Source: Alphaproteobacteria bacterium (GTDB taxonomy: Bacteria > Pseudomonadota > Alphaproteobacteria > MPNO01 > UBA830). From it: 64,000 nt of DNA. The notes beneath the pieces were generated by a model. The model had not been told where the DNA came from and ran no database searches. It worked only from the letters and a program-made list of their open reading frames with translations. The DNA is taken from assembly GCA_964291215.2 (NCBI GenBank), contig OZ219791.1:288001-352000 (forward strand), in the 5' to 3' direction. Every line of letters starts with the position of its first letter. Positions within the stretch are counted from its first letter, which is position 1. The position numbers and the translations under genes are program-made. Positions 44,806 to 55,255 of the stretch are shown here, piece by piece.

Positions 44806-45535
44806 CCACCGCACCGGAGCGCACAGTTCGTGGCGACGGACATGCTTGACATTTGTCAGCGGGACTTTACCGGGGACGAGGTGCTGAGACCAGCCGGCAG
44901 CAGGAAACCCGCATCCCCCGGTCAGCCGAAGGTGGTCGACCATGAATATGAACGAAACGGCCAACCTCTTCATGGCCTTTGCGCCCAACAAGAACTGGCG
45001 CACGGTGAAAGTCACTGACCGCCGCGGGACCGGGCGCACTTCATCCGGGAGCTTGCCGACGACCATTTCCCCGACAGGAAGATCGTGCTGGACAATCTGA
45101 ACACGCACAGTCGCTGTATGAAGCCTTCGAGCCCGGGGAGGCGGGTGCGAAAGCGGTTCGAGTTTCGCTACACGCCGAAGCACGGGAGCTGGCTCAACAT
45201 GGCCGAGATCGGTGCGCTGTCGCGGCAATGCCTTCGGCGACGCATTCCCGACAGAGACACCATGCGGCGGGAGACGGCGGCGTAGGTGGAACGGCGCAAT
45301 GCGGCCGATGTCACCGTCGACTGGCGTTTCACGACGAAGGATGCCCGGACAAAACTAAAGTCTCTATATCCATCAATACATTAATGCCGAACTACTAGGT
45401 GACGGTAACCTTTGGACATGAACAAGCTCCCTTCATCTTGTACAGAAACTCTCGCCGCTACCGCTCCGCAACATCATGCGTCTAAAAACACATGGTCACA
45501 GCCCATCATGTGTTGCACTTCACTATGGAACGGGG

Positions 45536-45553
45536 AAACAGAATTTAGCGTGA
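45536..45553. repeat. 18-bp sequence AAACAGAATTTAGCGTGA, repeated at 56596-56613; probably an ISAs1-like terminus
   Basis: Exact duplicate; terminus assignment is inferred. Confidence 0.5.
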
Positions 45554-45776
45554 GGCTCTCCTGAATGCCGGAGCGGACCCCTTGAGTTCGCCGCCGCGAA
45601 CCTTGTAATCTGACCGCCGATTCTGGGAGCGCGCACCAGCGCTGTTTGAGGCCTCCGGAAATGGGTTTTCTTCTGCTACCAGCCGCCTTCGGCAAGACGG
45701 GCGCGCATCGCGTCGGAACGCCGCCGCGATATGCGGCGGACCGGGGCCGGACGGTTTACCGACCAGTGACAGACGG

Positions 45777-46505
45777 ATGAGCGGCGCATCGGACACCGTC
45801 GTCGTCCACAGCTCGGACCTTCATGTCGACGACGGCCATACCGCGCGGAAATGGTCGGGCGACGGAACCGGGCCGCTGGCCGCAATACTGCAGACCGCCC
45901 GGGTCCTCGATGCCGACATCGTGCTCTTGACCGGGGACGTGTTCGATCACAACCGGTTGCCGCAGGCCCTTCTCGACAGGGCCGGCGACATTCTCCGCCG
46001 CGCCCCCTGCCCGGTCGTCATGCTTCCCGGCAACCACGATCCGCTGATGGACGGCTCGGTCTGGCACCGGGGAGAACTTGCGCGCGTCGAAGGGGTCCAC
46101 GTGCTCGGCGTCGCGGGCGACAGGGCTGCGTTTCCGGATCTCGCGCTGGAGATATGGGGGCGGGCGCACAGGGACTATTCCGACATGGCGCCGCTTGCCG
46201 ATCCCGGACCGCGGTCGACGCGCTGGCATGTCGTTGCCGGGCACGGGCATTTCGTCGAGGATCGGCCGCCGGAAGGCGTGTTCGCCCCCTCCTGGCTGAT
46301 TTCCGGCGCCGAGATTGAGGCCGCGGCTGCCGATTACGTCGCGCTCGGCCACTGGAACCGCGCCCAGCCCGTGGGCACCGGCAGGTTCCCGGCATGGTAT
46401 TCGGGGTCGCCCGACCTCTCGCGGACGGTCAATCTGGTGCGGTTGACGGCCGCCGGTCAGGTCGAGGTATCGCGCGAACCGGTTCTCGGAGCCCCGCCGG
46501 GCTGA
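45777..46505 (+). CDS. Metallophosphoesterase (SbcD/Mre11 N-terminal-like)
   Basis: HSSDLH, TGDVFD, PGNHD, GHG, YVALGHW. Confidence 0.85.
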   Translation: MSGASDTVVVHSSDLHVDDGHTARKWSGDGTGPLAAILQTARVLDADIVLLTGDVFDHNRLPQALLDRAGDILRRAPCPVVMLPGNHDPLMDGSVWHRGELARVEGVHVLGVAGDRAAFPDLALEIWGRAHRDYSDMAPLADPGPRSTRWHVVAGHGHFVEDRPPEGVFAPSWLISGAEIEAAAADYVALGHWNRAQPVGTGRFPAWYSGSPDLSRTVNLVRLTAAGQVEVSREPVLGAPPG

Positions 46506-46542
46506 CGGCTTTCGTTCACGCGCGGCCGGGGCGAACGGACCG

Positions 46543-47619
46543 TCAGGCCGCTTCGCGCTCCCTCGCCACGGCGTCCCCGATCATGCGGCGCAGCGTCAGT
46601 CCCGGACCGTCGACATTGATGTCGAGCCAGTCCCGCGGCTTGTGGACGTGGCATTCCATGTTCGCCTGCTGTGCGGCGAGGATGTCGATGTCCTCCTGGA
46701 AGGCGCCCCGCAACTCGAGGCGGAACATCTCGTCGACTTCCAGATCGTCAAGCGCGAAATTCCGGGAATGGGCGTAGAAATACCAGCTTGTCCGGTCCGT
46801 CTCCGGTGTGATGGCGTTCAGGTTAAAGAACTCGAAACCGCTACCGTCCCGTCCTCCGGGTCCGCGGCTGATGCCTTCGGGATGATCGCCCGGTTTTGCC
46901 CCGCAGCCCGCGGGCAGGCAGCCGACCCACACCGTGTTCAGGCTCGGAACCTGGGCCTCGGCGTACTGCCAGCGGTCGATGTTCCGGTCGAACCCGCCAA
47001 ATCTCGCATAGAGCGGCGCCGGCGGAGAGTCCATGATCCAGCGGATCATGCGCACCGTCCTGTCGCCGCGGCTGGTCACGATGGGAAAATCCGGGACGGC
47101 GCCGGTGCCGATATTGCGGATGTGGACGTAGGCGAGATGGCTGAGGTCGAGGAGATTGTCGTTGAACAGCTCGTAATGGCAGTCTACGTGAAAGGGCGGG
47201 TCGCCCTTGACCACGCGCCATGCGGGGTCGTCCATCACCCGCCAGTCGGGGAGAAGCGCCTCATCGGCGTCTTCCGGCGTTCCCGCCCACAGCCAGACGA
47301 TCTGGTATTTCTCGAGGACCGGCCAGGCGCGCACCGCGGCGCCGGGCGGTATCCTGGTCTGGCCGGGGACGCGGATGCAGTTGCCCGAGTTGTCGAAGGT
47401 CAGTCCGTGATACCCGCATTCGATGGCATCGCCATCGACACGACCTTTCGAGAGCGGCAGGCCGCGGTGGCAGCAGCGATCCTCGAGGGCGACGGCCCGC
47501 CCGGCGCGGTTGCGATAGAGCACGACGGGCTCGCCGAGCAGGGTTCGCGCCAAGGGCGTTCCGCCGACCTCGTGGTTCCAGGCCGCTGCATACCAAGCAT
47601 TGCGCAGGACGCTATCCAT
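46543..47619 (-). CDS. Rieske non-heme iron oxygenase, VanA-like (second paralog)
   Basis: RNAWY, CCHR..CGYHG, DNLLDLSHLAYVH, AFQEDI. Confidence 0.9.
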   Translation of the reverse strand: MDSVLRNAWYAAAWNHEVGGTPLARTLLGEPVVLYRNRAGRAVALEDRCCHRGLPLSKGRVDGDAIECGYHGLTFDNSGNCIRVPGQTRIPPGAAVRAWPVLEKYQIVWLWAGTPEDADEALLPDWRVMDDPAWRVVKGDPPFHVDCHYELFNDNLLDLSHLAYVHIRNIGTGAVPDFPIVTSRGDRTVRMIRWIMDSPPAPLYARFGGFDRNIDRWQYAEAQVPSLNTVWVGCLPAGCGAKPGDHPEGISRGPGGRDGSGFEFFNLNAITPETDRTSWYFYAHSRNFALDDLEVDEMFRLELRGAFQEDIDILAAQQANMECHVHKPRDWLDINVDGPGLTLRRMIGDAVAREREAA

Positions 47620-47719
47620 GAGTCTCGTACTCCAGAGCATCGGTTCGGCAGATTACCCGGCTGACCGGGACGTCCGCAATCCCTATAATGAATTCGGCAG
47701 CGACGGAGGAGCAACAGCG

Positions 47720-47968
47720 ATGCCGAGGTTTCATTCGCCGGATCTGGGTGCCAACCCGGAAAGTCCGTTTGCGCGGGACCAGTCGGATCGGCTTGTCCGC
47801 CGCGATTTCTGGCTCGGGATGAGCGACCGCTCTCTGGTCCTCGCGATGACCCAGGGTGTTGGCGCCGGACTGTCAGCCGACGAGAAACGCGCGCATCTTG
47901 AGGACATCGGGCGCGCCCATCTCGTTGCGGAGGTCTGCGTCCAAGAAGTGATTCCGCCGCAGCGCTGA
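47720..47968 (+). CDS. Small hypothetical protein, 82 aa
   Basis: Strong RBS GGAGGAG; fills the gap between two genes on the opposite strand. Confidence 0.6.
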   Translation: MPRFHSPDLGANPESPFARDQSDRLVRRDFWLGMSDRSLVLAMTQGVGAGLSADEKRAHLEDIGRAHLVAEVCVQEVIPPQR

Positions 47969-48023
47969 ACCCGGCGGCAGCCCGGACGGGCGCCGCGGGT
48001 CTCTTCCGCCTCCAGAGCCGCAC

Positions 48024-50369
48024 TCAGCGCGCCGCCGATGCGCCTATCATCTTCCAGACCCTCTGCGGCGTGACGGGCATGTCGACATGCCGGACGCCGT
48101 AGGGGCGCAGCGCATCCACGAAGGCGCTCACCAGGACGGCGAGGGCAGGCGTCGTTCCGCCTTCGCCGCCGGCCTTGACGCCGAGCGGATTCGTCGGTGA
48201 CGGGACCTCGTGGATGGCCGTTGCAAAGAGCGGATACTCGTCGGCCCGCGGCATGTGGTAGTCCATGAACGAGCCTGCGAGTGGCTGGCCGGTCTCCGTG
48301 TCGATCGCACAGATCTCGCCCAGGGCCTCGCCCGCCCCCTGGACGATTCCGCCATGGGTCTGCCCGTCGACAATGAGCGGGTTGATCGCCCGCCCGACAT
48401 CGTCGACGGCCGTGTAGCGGACAATTTCGTAGGCGCCGGTCTCGGGATCGATCTCGATTTCGCAGACATGGCAACCGTTCGGAAACACCGGGGTTTCCAT
48501 TACGTTGTCGACGGTGACCGAGAGGCCGTCGGCGAATTCGTTCGGCACCCCGGAGCGGTTGGGGATATCGCGCGCGATGTCGAACAGCGTCACCGCCCGG
48601 TCGGTGCCGGCGATCCGGAAACTGCCGTCCGCGAACGCGATATCATCCTCGGCGGCCTCAAGCATCAGCGCGGCGAGTTTCCGTGCCCCGCGAATCAATG
48701 CTTCGGACGCCTTCACGATGACGGTGCCCGCCATGCGCATCGACCGCCCCGAATGCGAGCCGCCGCCGACCCTAACGATGTCGGTGTCGCCGACGATCAC
48801 CCTGATCCGTTCCACCGGCACGCACAGCCATTCGGCGGCGACTTGCGCGAAGCTGGTCTCATGTCCCTGTCCGCTCGGCTGCGTGCCGATGACGAGGTCG
48901 ATGTTGCCGTCATCCAGCACCCTGAGGCCGGCCTGCTCGCGCGGTGTTCCAATCGATGATTCGACATAGGCCGCGATGCCCCTGCCCAGAAGCCGGCCGC
49001 GGGCCTCCGCCGCGGCCCTGCGCGCAGCGAAGCCGTCCCAGTCGGCAAGATGCATCGCCATGTCCATGCCGGCAGGGTAGTCGCCGCTGTCATAGGTCAT
49101 TCCGACGGCGTTGGCATAGGGCATCTGTTCCGGCGTCACGAGGTTCCGGCGCCGCAGTTCGACCGCGTCGAGCCCGAGCTCGCGCGCGGCCGTTTCGACC
49201 AGCCTCTCGATCGCGAATGTTACTTCAGGACGGCCTGAACTGCGGTAGGCGTTGGTCGGCGGCGTGTTGGTGAAGACGGCGCGCGAGCGCAGCGACGCGG
49301 CCGGTATGTGGTAGGGCCCGGGGATGAGCCCCGATCCCTTGCTCAGCGGCGACAAAGAAACGGCGCGGGCGCCAACATTGCTCAGATTATCGGCGCGCAT
49401 GGCAAGAAAGCGGCCGTCGCGGTCGAGCGCGAGCGACATGGTCGTGGTCAGGTCGCGTCCCTGGTAGTCGCTGACGAAGGATTCGCTCCGGCGGCAGGTG
49501 AACTTGACCGGCCGCCCGAGCCTGCCGGATGCCCACGCCACCAACGGAAACTCGACATAGAGCCGGTTGCGGGTCCCGAAATTGCCGCCGACATCCTTGG
49601 AGACCACGCGGACCCTGTCCGGGTCGACTCCGAGCACCAGGGCGATTTCCCGCTTCTGGCGCACCGATCCGCCGGAGCCCGCGTAGACGGTGTAGCGCCC
49701 GTTTGCCGGATCGAACGAACCAAGCGCCGACCGGGGTTCGAGCGGAACGCCGGTCACCCTCGGGACATGGATATCCATCTCGACGACATGCGCCGCGGAG
49801 CGGAACGCGGCATCGGTGGCGTCGGTATCACCGAAAAACGTCTCGATGAAGACGTTGCCGGGAGCTTCGGGCCAGAGGTTGGGGGCGTCCGGGGCCGCCG
49901 CCTTCCGCGCATCGGTCACTGGCGGCAGCGGCCGGTACTCGATCAGCACCCGTTCGGCGGCGTCCTCGGCCTGTTCCAGCGTCTCCGCCACGACGATCGC
50001 GAGCGCTTCACCCACATATCTTGCCTTGTCGACGGGCAGTGGCATGTGTTCGCCAACGAACGGGGCCGCTCCGCCGGGGCCATGGAGCTTCATGTCGTGC
50101 CTGGTCGACGGAAGCGGGTTGTGCGGGATCGGCAACAGCCCGTCCGCCGCGCAATCGGCGCCGGTGAATACTCCGAGGACGCCGTCCGCCGTCGCCGCCC
50201 CGGACGTGTCGGCGGAGTTCAGTTCGGCGTGGGCGAACGGGGAGCGAACGACGACCATCCACGCCTGGTCCGGGAGGCTCCAGTCGTCGCTGAAACGGCC
50301 GTTGCCGGTCAGCAGGCGCGCATCTTCCCGGCGCCGGACCGGCTGTCCGATCTTGCGGTATTCCGTCAT
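48024..50369 (-). CDS. Xanthine dehydrogenase/CoxL-like molybdopterin-binding subunit
   Basis: RREDARLLTG, GGNFG, AYRSSGRPE, GQGHET, GVKAGGE. Confidence 0.9.
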   Translation of the reverse strand: MTEYRKIGQPVRRREDARLLTGNGRFSDDWSLPDQAWMVVVRSPFAHAELNSADTSGAATADGVLGVFTGADCAADGLLPIPHNPLPSTRHDMKLHGPGGAAPFVGEHMPLPVDKARYVGEALAIVVAETLEQAEDAAERVLIEYRPLPPVTDARKAAAPDAPNLWPEAPGNVFIETFFGDTDATDAAFRSAAHVVEMDIHVPRVTGVPLEPRSALGSFDPANGRYTVYAGSGGSVRQKREIALVLGVDPDRVRVVSKDVGGNFGTRNRLYVEFPLVAWASGRLGRPVKFTCRRSESFVSDYQGRDLTTTMSLALDRDGRFLAMRADNLSNVGARAVSLSPLSKGSGLIPGPYHIPAASLRSRAVFTNTPPTNAYRSSGRPEVTFAIERLVETAARELGLDAVELRRRNLVTPEQMPYANAVGMTYDSGDYPAGMDMAMHLADWDGFAARRAAAEARGRLLGRGIAAYVESSIGTPREQAGLRVLDDGNIDLVIGTQPSGQGHETSFAQVAAEWLCVPVERIRVIVGDTDIVRVGGGSHSGRSMRMAGTVIVKASEALIRGARKLAALMLEAAEDDIAFADGSFRIAGTDRAVTLFDIARDIPNRSGVPNEFADGLSVTVDNVMETPVFPNGCHVCEIEIDPETGAYEIVRYTAVDDVGRAINPLIVDGQTHGGIVQGAGEALGEICAIDTETGQPLAGSFMDYHMPRADEYPLFATAIHEVPSPTNPLGVKAGGEGGTTPALAVLVSAFVDALRPYGVRHVDMPVTPQRVWKMIGASAAR

Positions 50370-50467
50370 TCCGTCCCGTCAGCTGTGGCGCCGGAAGTCG
50401 GCCCGACCGCGTCGGCGCTGCCCTGAATCCGCGTTCGTGCGGGTGGTGGCGGCCGGTCCGCACTCCT

Positions 50468-51592
50468 TCATGCTGCCATCGCAAGCTGCGGGCGGGCGAT
50501 CCAGCCGCCGCCGAGAACCCGGTCGCGTTCATAGAAGACGCATGCCTGCCCGGGCGTCACCGCACGCTCGGGGCGGTCGAGGACGATGCGGGCGGCGGGT
50601 CCGTTGCGGTGAAGCGTGGCTGGGACCGGTGGCTGCGATGAGCGGATCCTGACCCCGACGCGCCGCCGGGGAAGGGAAGCCTCGCTTACCTCGCCGAGCC
50701 AGTTCATGCCGATCACGGCGAACTCCGCCTCGCCGAGAGCCGACAGCGGTCCGACCACCACCCGCTGCTGCTCGGGCTCTATGCGGACGACATAGAGCGG
50801 CTCCGTGCCGCCGCCGATGCCGAGCCGGCGGCGCTGGCCGACCGTGAAGCCGATGATGCCGTCGTGGCGGCCGAGCACACGGCCGTCGACATGCACGATG
50901 TCGCCGGGATCGATCGCTCCCGGGCGAATGCGGCGGACGACCGACGCATAGTCCCGGTCGGGAACGAAGCAGATATCCTGACTGTCCGGCTTGTCGGCGA
51001 CCGGCAGGCCGAAGCGTGCGCCATGTCCGCGCACGTCCTCCTTGGCCATCGCTCCCAGCGGAAAGCGCAGATACGCGACCTGTTCGCGCGTGGTCGCGAA
51101 CAGGAAGTAGCTCTGGTCGCGCTGGTGGTCGATGGCTCGGTGCAGCTCGGGGCCGCCGGCGCCAGCGATCCGGCGCACGTAATGGCCTGTCGCCAGCGCG
51201 TCGGCGTCCAGATCGCGGGCCGTCTGCAGAAGGTCGCGGAACTTGACCGTCTGGTTGCAGGTAACGCAGGGAACCGGCGTCTCGCCGCGCAGATAGCTGT
51301 CGGCAAAGGCCTCCATCACATCGTGGCGGAAGCGGGACTCGTAGTTGAGCACGTAGTGCGGAATGTCGAGCGTCCCGGCAACGTACCTCGCGTCGTAGAT
51401 GTCGGCCCCGGCGCAGCACGCGCGACGATGCTTGGAAACTGCTCCGTCGTCATGGAGCTGAAGCGTGACGCCGACGACATCGTAGCCCTCCTCGACGAGC
51501 AGCGCCGCCGTCACGGAACTGTCGACGCCGCCCGACATGGCGACGACGACGCGGGTATCCGCGGGCCTCTTCGGGATCTCAAGCGAGTTCAT
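50468..51592 (-). CDS. mnmA: tRNA 2-thiouridylase
   Basis: AMSGGVDS, PCVTCN, ATGHY, DQSYFL, DSQDICF, TPGQ. Confidence 0.96.
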   Translation of the reverse strand: MNSLEIPKRPADTRVVVAMSGGVDSSVTAALLVEEGYDVVGVTLQLHDDGAVSKHRRACCAGADIYDARYVAGTLDIPHYVLNYESRFRHDVMEAFADSYLRGETPVPCVTCNQTVKFRDLLQTARDLDADALATGHYVRRIAGAGGPELHRAIDHQRDQSYFLFATTREQVAYLRFPLGAMAKEDVRGHGARFGLPVADKPDSQDICFVPDRDYASVVRRIRPGAIDPGDIVHVDGRVLGRHDGIIGFTVGQRRRLGIGGGTEPLYVVRIEPEQQRVVVGPLSALGEAEFAVIGMNWLGEVSEASLPRRRVGVRIRSSQPPVPATLHRNGPAARIVLDRPERAVTPGQACVFYERDRVLGGGWIARPQLAMAA

Positions 51593-51684
51593 GGCAGGGT
51601 TCCCTGGGCTGTCTTCCTTTGATCAGCCGCCGGTGCCGAACCTGTCCTGGGCTGATGCCGCCGCGACCGGAAGCCGGGCGCTTC

Positions 51685-52374
51685 TCAGCGGGGACCGGAG
51701 TCGCCGCCAAGGTGCCGATACAGGAATTCGAGCGATCTCGCATGGGCGAGGGCAGCCGCCGTCGCGTCGTGGGTGCCCTGCTCGGGGTTGTAGAAGGCGT
51801 GATCGCTACCCGGGTAGATGTGGAATTCCGTCGACGGGTGCGCGCCGCGGATGGCCTTGACGTCCTCGAAGGGAACGATGCGGTCGGCGTCGCCGTAATG
51901 CAGCATGACGGGGCAGCCTGGCGTTCTCGCTATCTCCTCGCGGATGTCGCTGCCATAGAAGATGACGCCGGCGTCGAGTTCGAGGCTGCTGGATGCGATC
52001 CAGGCCCAGCTGCCGCCGGTGCAGAACCCGAAGACCGCGACCCTGGCGACCGATTCGCGCAGTTTCGCCGCGCAGGCCGCAACATCGGCCAGCACCGTTT
52101 CTTCTTTCAGGTTCTCGCGGAACATCATGCCGCGCGCGACGCCGCAGGGATCGTAGTCGAACATCGTGTCCTTCTCCGCCCGGTCGTAGAGGGCCGGCGC
52201 GATCGCGGTGAAACCGTCGCGGGCGAACCAGTCGCAAACATCCCCGAGATGGGGTGTCAGCCCGTAGATCGCATGCAGGAGGACGAGTCCGCCGCCGGCG
52301 TCTCCCGGTGCCTCCGCCCGCCAGGCGTCGAGCCGGTGGCCGTCGGCCGCAGTTACGGTTATGCGATCAGCCAT
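51685..52374 (-). CDS. Dienelactone hydrolase family protein
   Basis: GFCTGG, FYG, HYGDAD, YPGSDHAF. Confidence 0.85.
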   Translation of the reverse strand: MADRITVTAADGHRLDAWRAEAPGDAGGGLVLLHAIYGLTPHLGDVCDWFARDGFTAIAPALYDRAEKDTMFDYDPCGVARGMMFRENLKEETVLADVAACAAKLRESVARVAVFGFCTGGSWAWIASSSLELDAGVIFYGSDIREEIARTPGCPVMLHYGDADRIVPFEDVKAIRGAHPSTEFHIYPGSDHAFYNPEQGTHDATAAALAHARSLEFLYRHLGGDSGPR

Positions 52375-52430
52375 CTTCGTTCCTGCTGTTCCGGTTGCGG
52401 CCCGCGGATGCCTGCCCGGTGCGGTCGAGC

Positions 52431-53084
52431 TCAGAGGATCTTGCACGCCTCGTCGAAATCATACCGGTACAGCCGCGGCCCCTTGACGCCGTCCAAGGCG
52501 CCGTAGCCGATGTTGCACAGGAAGTTCGATTTCAGGTTCGTGCCCTCGAAGAATGCCTGGTCCGCGACCTCGGGGTTGAAACCGAGCATAGGCCCGGAAT
52601 CGAGGCCGACGGCGCGGATGGCCAAGATCAGGTAGGCGCCCTGCATCGTGCTCTGGTGCGAGGCCAGTTCGGTGGCTGCCGCCTGGTCGGACTTCCAGCG
52701 CTCCGCCATTTCCGGCCGTATCGGGTAGAGCCGCGCGAAATCCTCGAAGAACCTCGTGTCGTAGGCGAGGAGCGCGACCACCGGTGCCGCCATCGTCTTG
52801 TCGAGATTGGGCGGAGACAGGGAAGGCTTCAGCTTTTCCTTCGCCTCGTCCGAGCGGATGAAGAGGAGCCGGCCGGGCATCGTGTTGGCGCTGGTCGGCC
52901 CGAATTTCATCAGGTTCCAAATCTCGTGCAGCTGTTCGTCGGTCACGTCCCGATCCTGCCACGCGTTGTGGCTGCGGGCCTCGCGGAACAGAAGGTCGGC
53001 GGAATCGTCGTCGAGCTGCTGGATCCTGGAGCGATAATTCTCGATTCTGGCGTGGGCTGCAGCGAGGGCCTGATCCTCTGACAT
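52431..53084 (-). CDS. RutE-like nitroreductase / malonic semialdehyde reductase
   Basis: LFREARSH, GPTSAN, GLDSGPMLGF, NFLCNIGYG. Confidence 0.88.
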   Translation of the reverse strand: MSEDQALAAAHARIENYRSRIQQLDDDSADLLFREARSHNAWQDRDVTDEQLHEIWNLMKFGPTSANTMPGRLLFIRSDEAKEKLKPSLSPPNLDKTMAAPVVALLAYDTRFFEDFARLYPIRPEMAERWKSDQAAATELASHQSTMQGAYLILAIRAVGLDSGPMLGFNPEVADQAFFEGTNLKSNFLCNIGYGALDGVKGPRLYRYDFDEACKIL

Positions 53085-53258
53085 GTATTTCCTCCCGTAA
53101 ATCGGCGGTTGTCCGGACGGCTGAAGCGCCTGCCTCCGACGGACAGGCAGCGCGATGGAAACGCGGGCCGCTCTCGGCAACGTATCGTGCTGTCTCCGCC
53201 AATTCCTTAGATAGCAGACTTGGCGCGATTGGCAAGACTTCACCACCCAGGCGTTTCT

Positions 53259-54880
53259 CATGCTGCATTCAATTTTGCTGTCTTCTGCTGTCCGGAGGTT
53301 TCACAGCGTGCCGGGTTTTCTGGCTTCGGGGCCGTCCGCGGTCGTCGCCGACGGCGTTGCCGGCGCGTGGGCGGGATGTGGGCGGCGTCCGGGAATCGGC
53401 CGGACGCTATTGGCGCTCAGGGCTGCGACGGCTTCCCGGCGGTCGAGCCGCCGCCGTGTTTCGGCGAGGCTCTCGCGTCGGTTGGCAAAGATCACCGCGA
53501 GCGCGATGTTGTCGAGGCTGGCGCGGTTTGCGGGTCAGGCAGGCGTCCTTGCCGAAGACGCAGTCTCGGTGGTTCATGTTTTCCACGGCCCGCGGCCGCA
53601 GCAGTTCCTCTGGCGACGCGTGTTGCGCATCAAGCGAGGTGATGATGTATCGGTGCAGTCGTTACCGCTTGCTGCGCCGCTGGCGCTCTTTCTCAGCGGC
53701 TTGCGGTAGCATGCGGGCGATCTGCCGGGGTAGTTGATCAAGCCCTTGAGCGGCACGCGCTGCTCGAGGCGGGTCTTGCCTCCTTGAAGCGGCCGCTGGC
53801 TCCCAGTCGAAGGTTTCGGGCGCCCTTGACCGGGAAGACGTGGTCTGCGCCGCAGCGCCGGGTGATCAGCGTCGCCGGCGTCGTGCGGGTGATCACCTTG
53901 CCGCGGACATCGGTGCGCTCGAGGAGGTGGCCGCCAGCTCGCCGTCGTCGAAGTTCAACGGCGCGAAGGGTGCGCCAGAGGCGTGAGGGCCACGGTCTCG
54001 TGGTGGCGGTTGGCGCCGCGGATGCGCTTGCCGTCGGCGGCAAGCGCCCGGGCGAGCCCGCGGCCGAGCACATCCTCGATCGCCTCGGAGTCGACCGACC
54101 GGACGACCCGGTGGAGGGTCGTCCCGGAGGGCGGCTCGCGCAGCCCCGTCCTCGGGTTCTGCCGATGGCCCCGAGCTCGTCCCGGGACAGCGACCGCGCA
54201 GCTGCGAGGCAGCCTTTCATGTTCGCAAGCTCGGCGAGAACGTGAGCACACCGTGTGCTTCCTGCGCGGCGGAAGTCCTCGATCGCCGCCAGCTCGTCGT
54301 GCAGCGAACGCATCACTTCGGAACCCCGGGGAGCGAGGAGGCAGGCCACCGCAGCGCCTGCGACAGCAGCCGTCGCGCCGCACAACGAAAATCTCCTTGC
54401 CATGGGGGTCGGTGCAGCGCCCGTTGGCGCGGGCAAATCCCCTGGCACGCCAGCCCGCCGCCTTGTGCCCGCAAAACGCGCCGGATCGCAGAACGTCTCC
54501 GCCACCTAGTGGCCGCAGGCCCGGTCGTCGGCCAGCCGCGGCGTCGCAAGAAAGAAGGAGGCGAGGTTCGGAAACGTTCCCGGCGCCGCAAGCAGTCGCG
54601 TGTTGTCAGATCAAGCCACTCCTGCTCCTACTTCCAGCCACCGGTCGCGGCACTTGAAGGCCCCGGCCAGACCACTGCCCCCTGAAGGACGCAATATGGC
54701 GCAGCCTCGCCAGACAGCGAAACCCGAGATAGTCGTCCATCAACGCAGCGGACGCTCCTCAGGCTTCGCGAACCTCGGACAGACCCTTCCGGAGCTGCGA
54801 CGTGAATCGGACAGGACGCGATGTACCTATGAACCGACATCCCCGCACCATGACAACTCCAGTGCAGGAAAGCCAGCGAA
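53259..54880 (-). mobile_element. Eroded ISAs1-family transposase with an N-terminal DUF4338-like region
   Basis: AGAFKCRDRW, NTRLL..FPNLASF, AETFCDPARFAGT, then PSGTTLHRV, ADGKRIRGA, ADHVFPVKG. Confidence 0.65.
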
Positions 54881-54895
54881 AACTGTAAAAAAATC

Positions 54896-54989
54896 GTAAC
54901 TGCTCACCCCCTGGTTCCGGCTTGATGTCGGGGTAGGCAACGAACGGGTTTTCGTGGAGATCTGACACTGCAGATCGATTCTGTTAGTG
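54896..54989 (+). mobile_element. IS66-MTase left-end fragment (copy H)
   Basis: About 94 nt matching the left end of copy A. Confidence 0.85.
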
Positions 54990-55255
54990 TGAACTTCCTG
55001 GGCTGCCTCCGCCAAATCCTGATTCTGGTTGAATGTCACGGCCACATCGAGAGCGCCGTTGCGCGCGATTCGCACCATTTCGAGACCAATCCGAAGGTCT
55101 GTTTCTTTCTCGCGCTGTGCCGGCACATCATGCATCGTACCGTCCGGAAGCGGGACCCGCTCGGAGCGCGGTTTCCGGGATGTCACGAGAATCCCGACGC
55201 GGCTCATCGCGGTCAGGCACCGCGCCCGGCACGCCGGATCTTTCCTGGCGTCGGA
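54990..55255 (-). pseudogene. Fragment of an NYN/LabA-DUF88 (PIN-like) protein
   Basis: REKETDLRIGLEMVRIARNGALDVAVTFNQNQDLAEA resembles EKGVD..D..S.D.D. Confidence 0.55.

Larger units (their letters stand above)
41295..45396 (+). mobile_element. IS630-family element hosting an IS256 element and group II intron 2
   Basis: Ends TAG..TGTATTGATGG and CCATCAATACA..CTA; transposase at about 42729-45380 with A-run frameshift at LKK..KPW, YWCIPP, LDNLNTH, YTPKHGSWLNMAE. Confidence 0.75.

Noticed and set aside
48024-50369. Aerobic CO dehydrogenase (form I coxL)
   Set aside because: It lacks the Cu-binding Cys of AYRCSFR and has no coxM/S neighbours.
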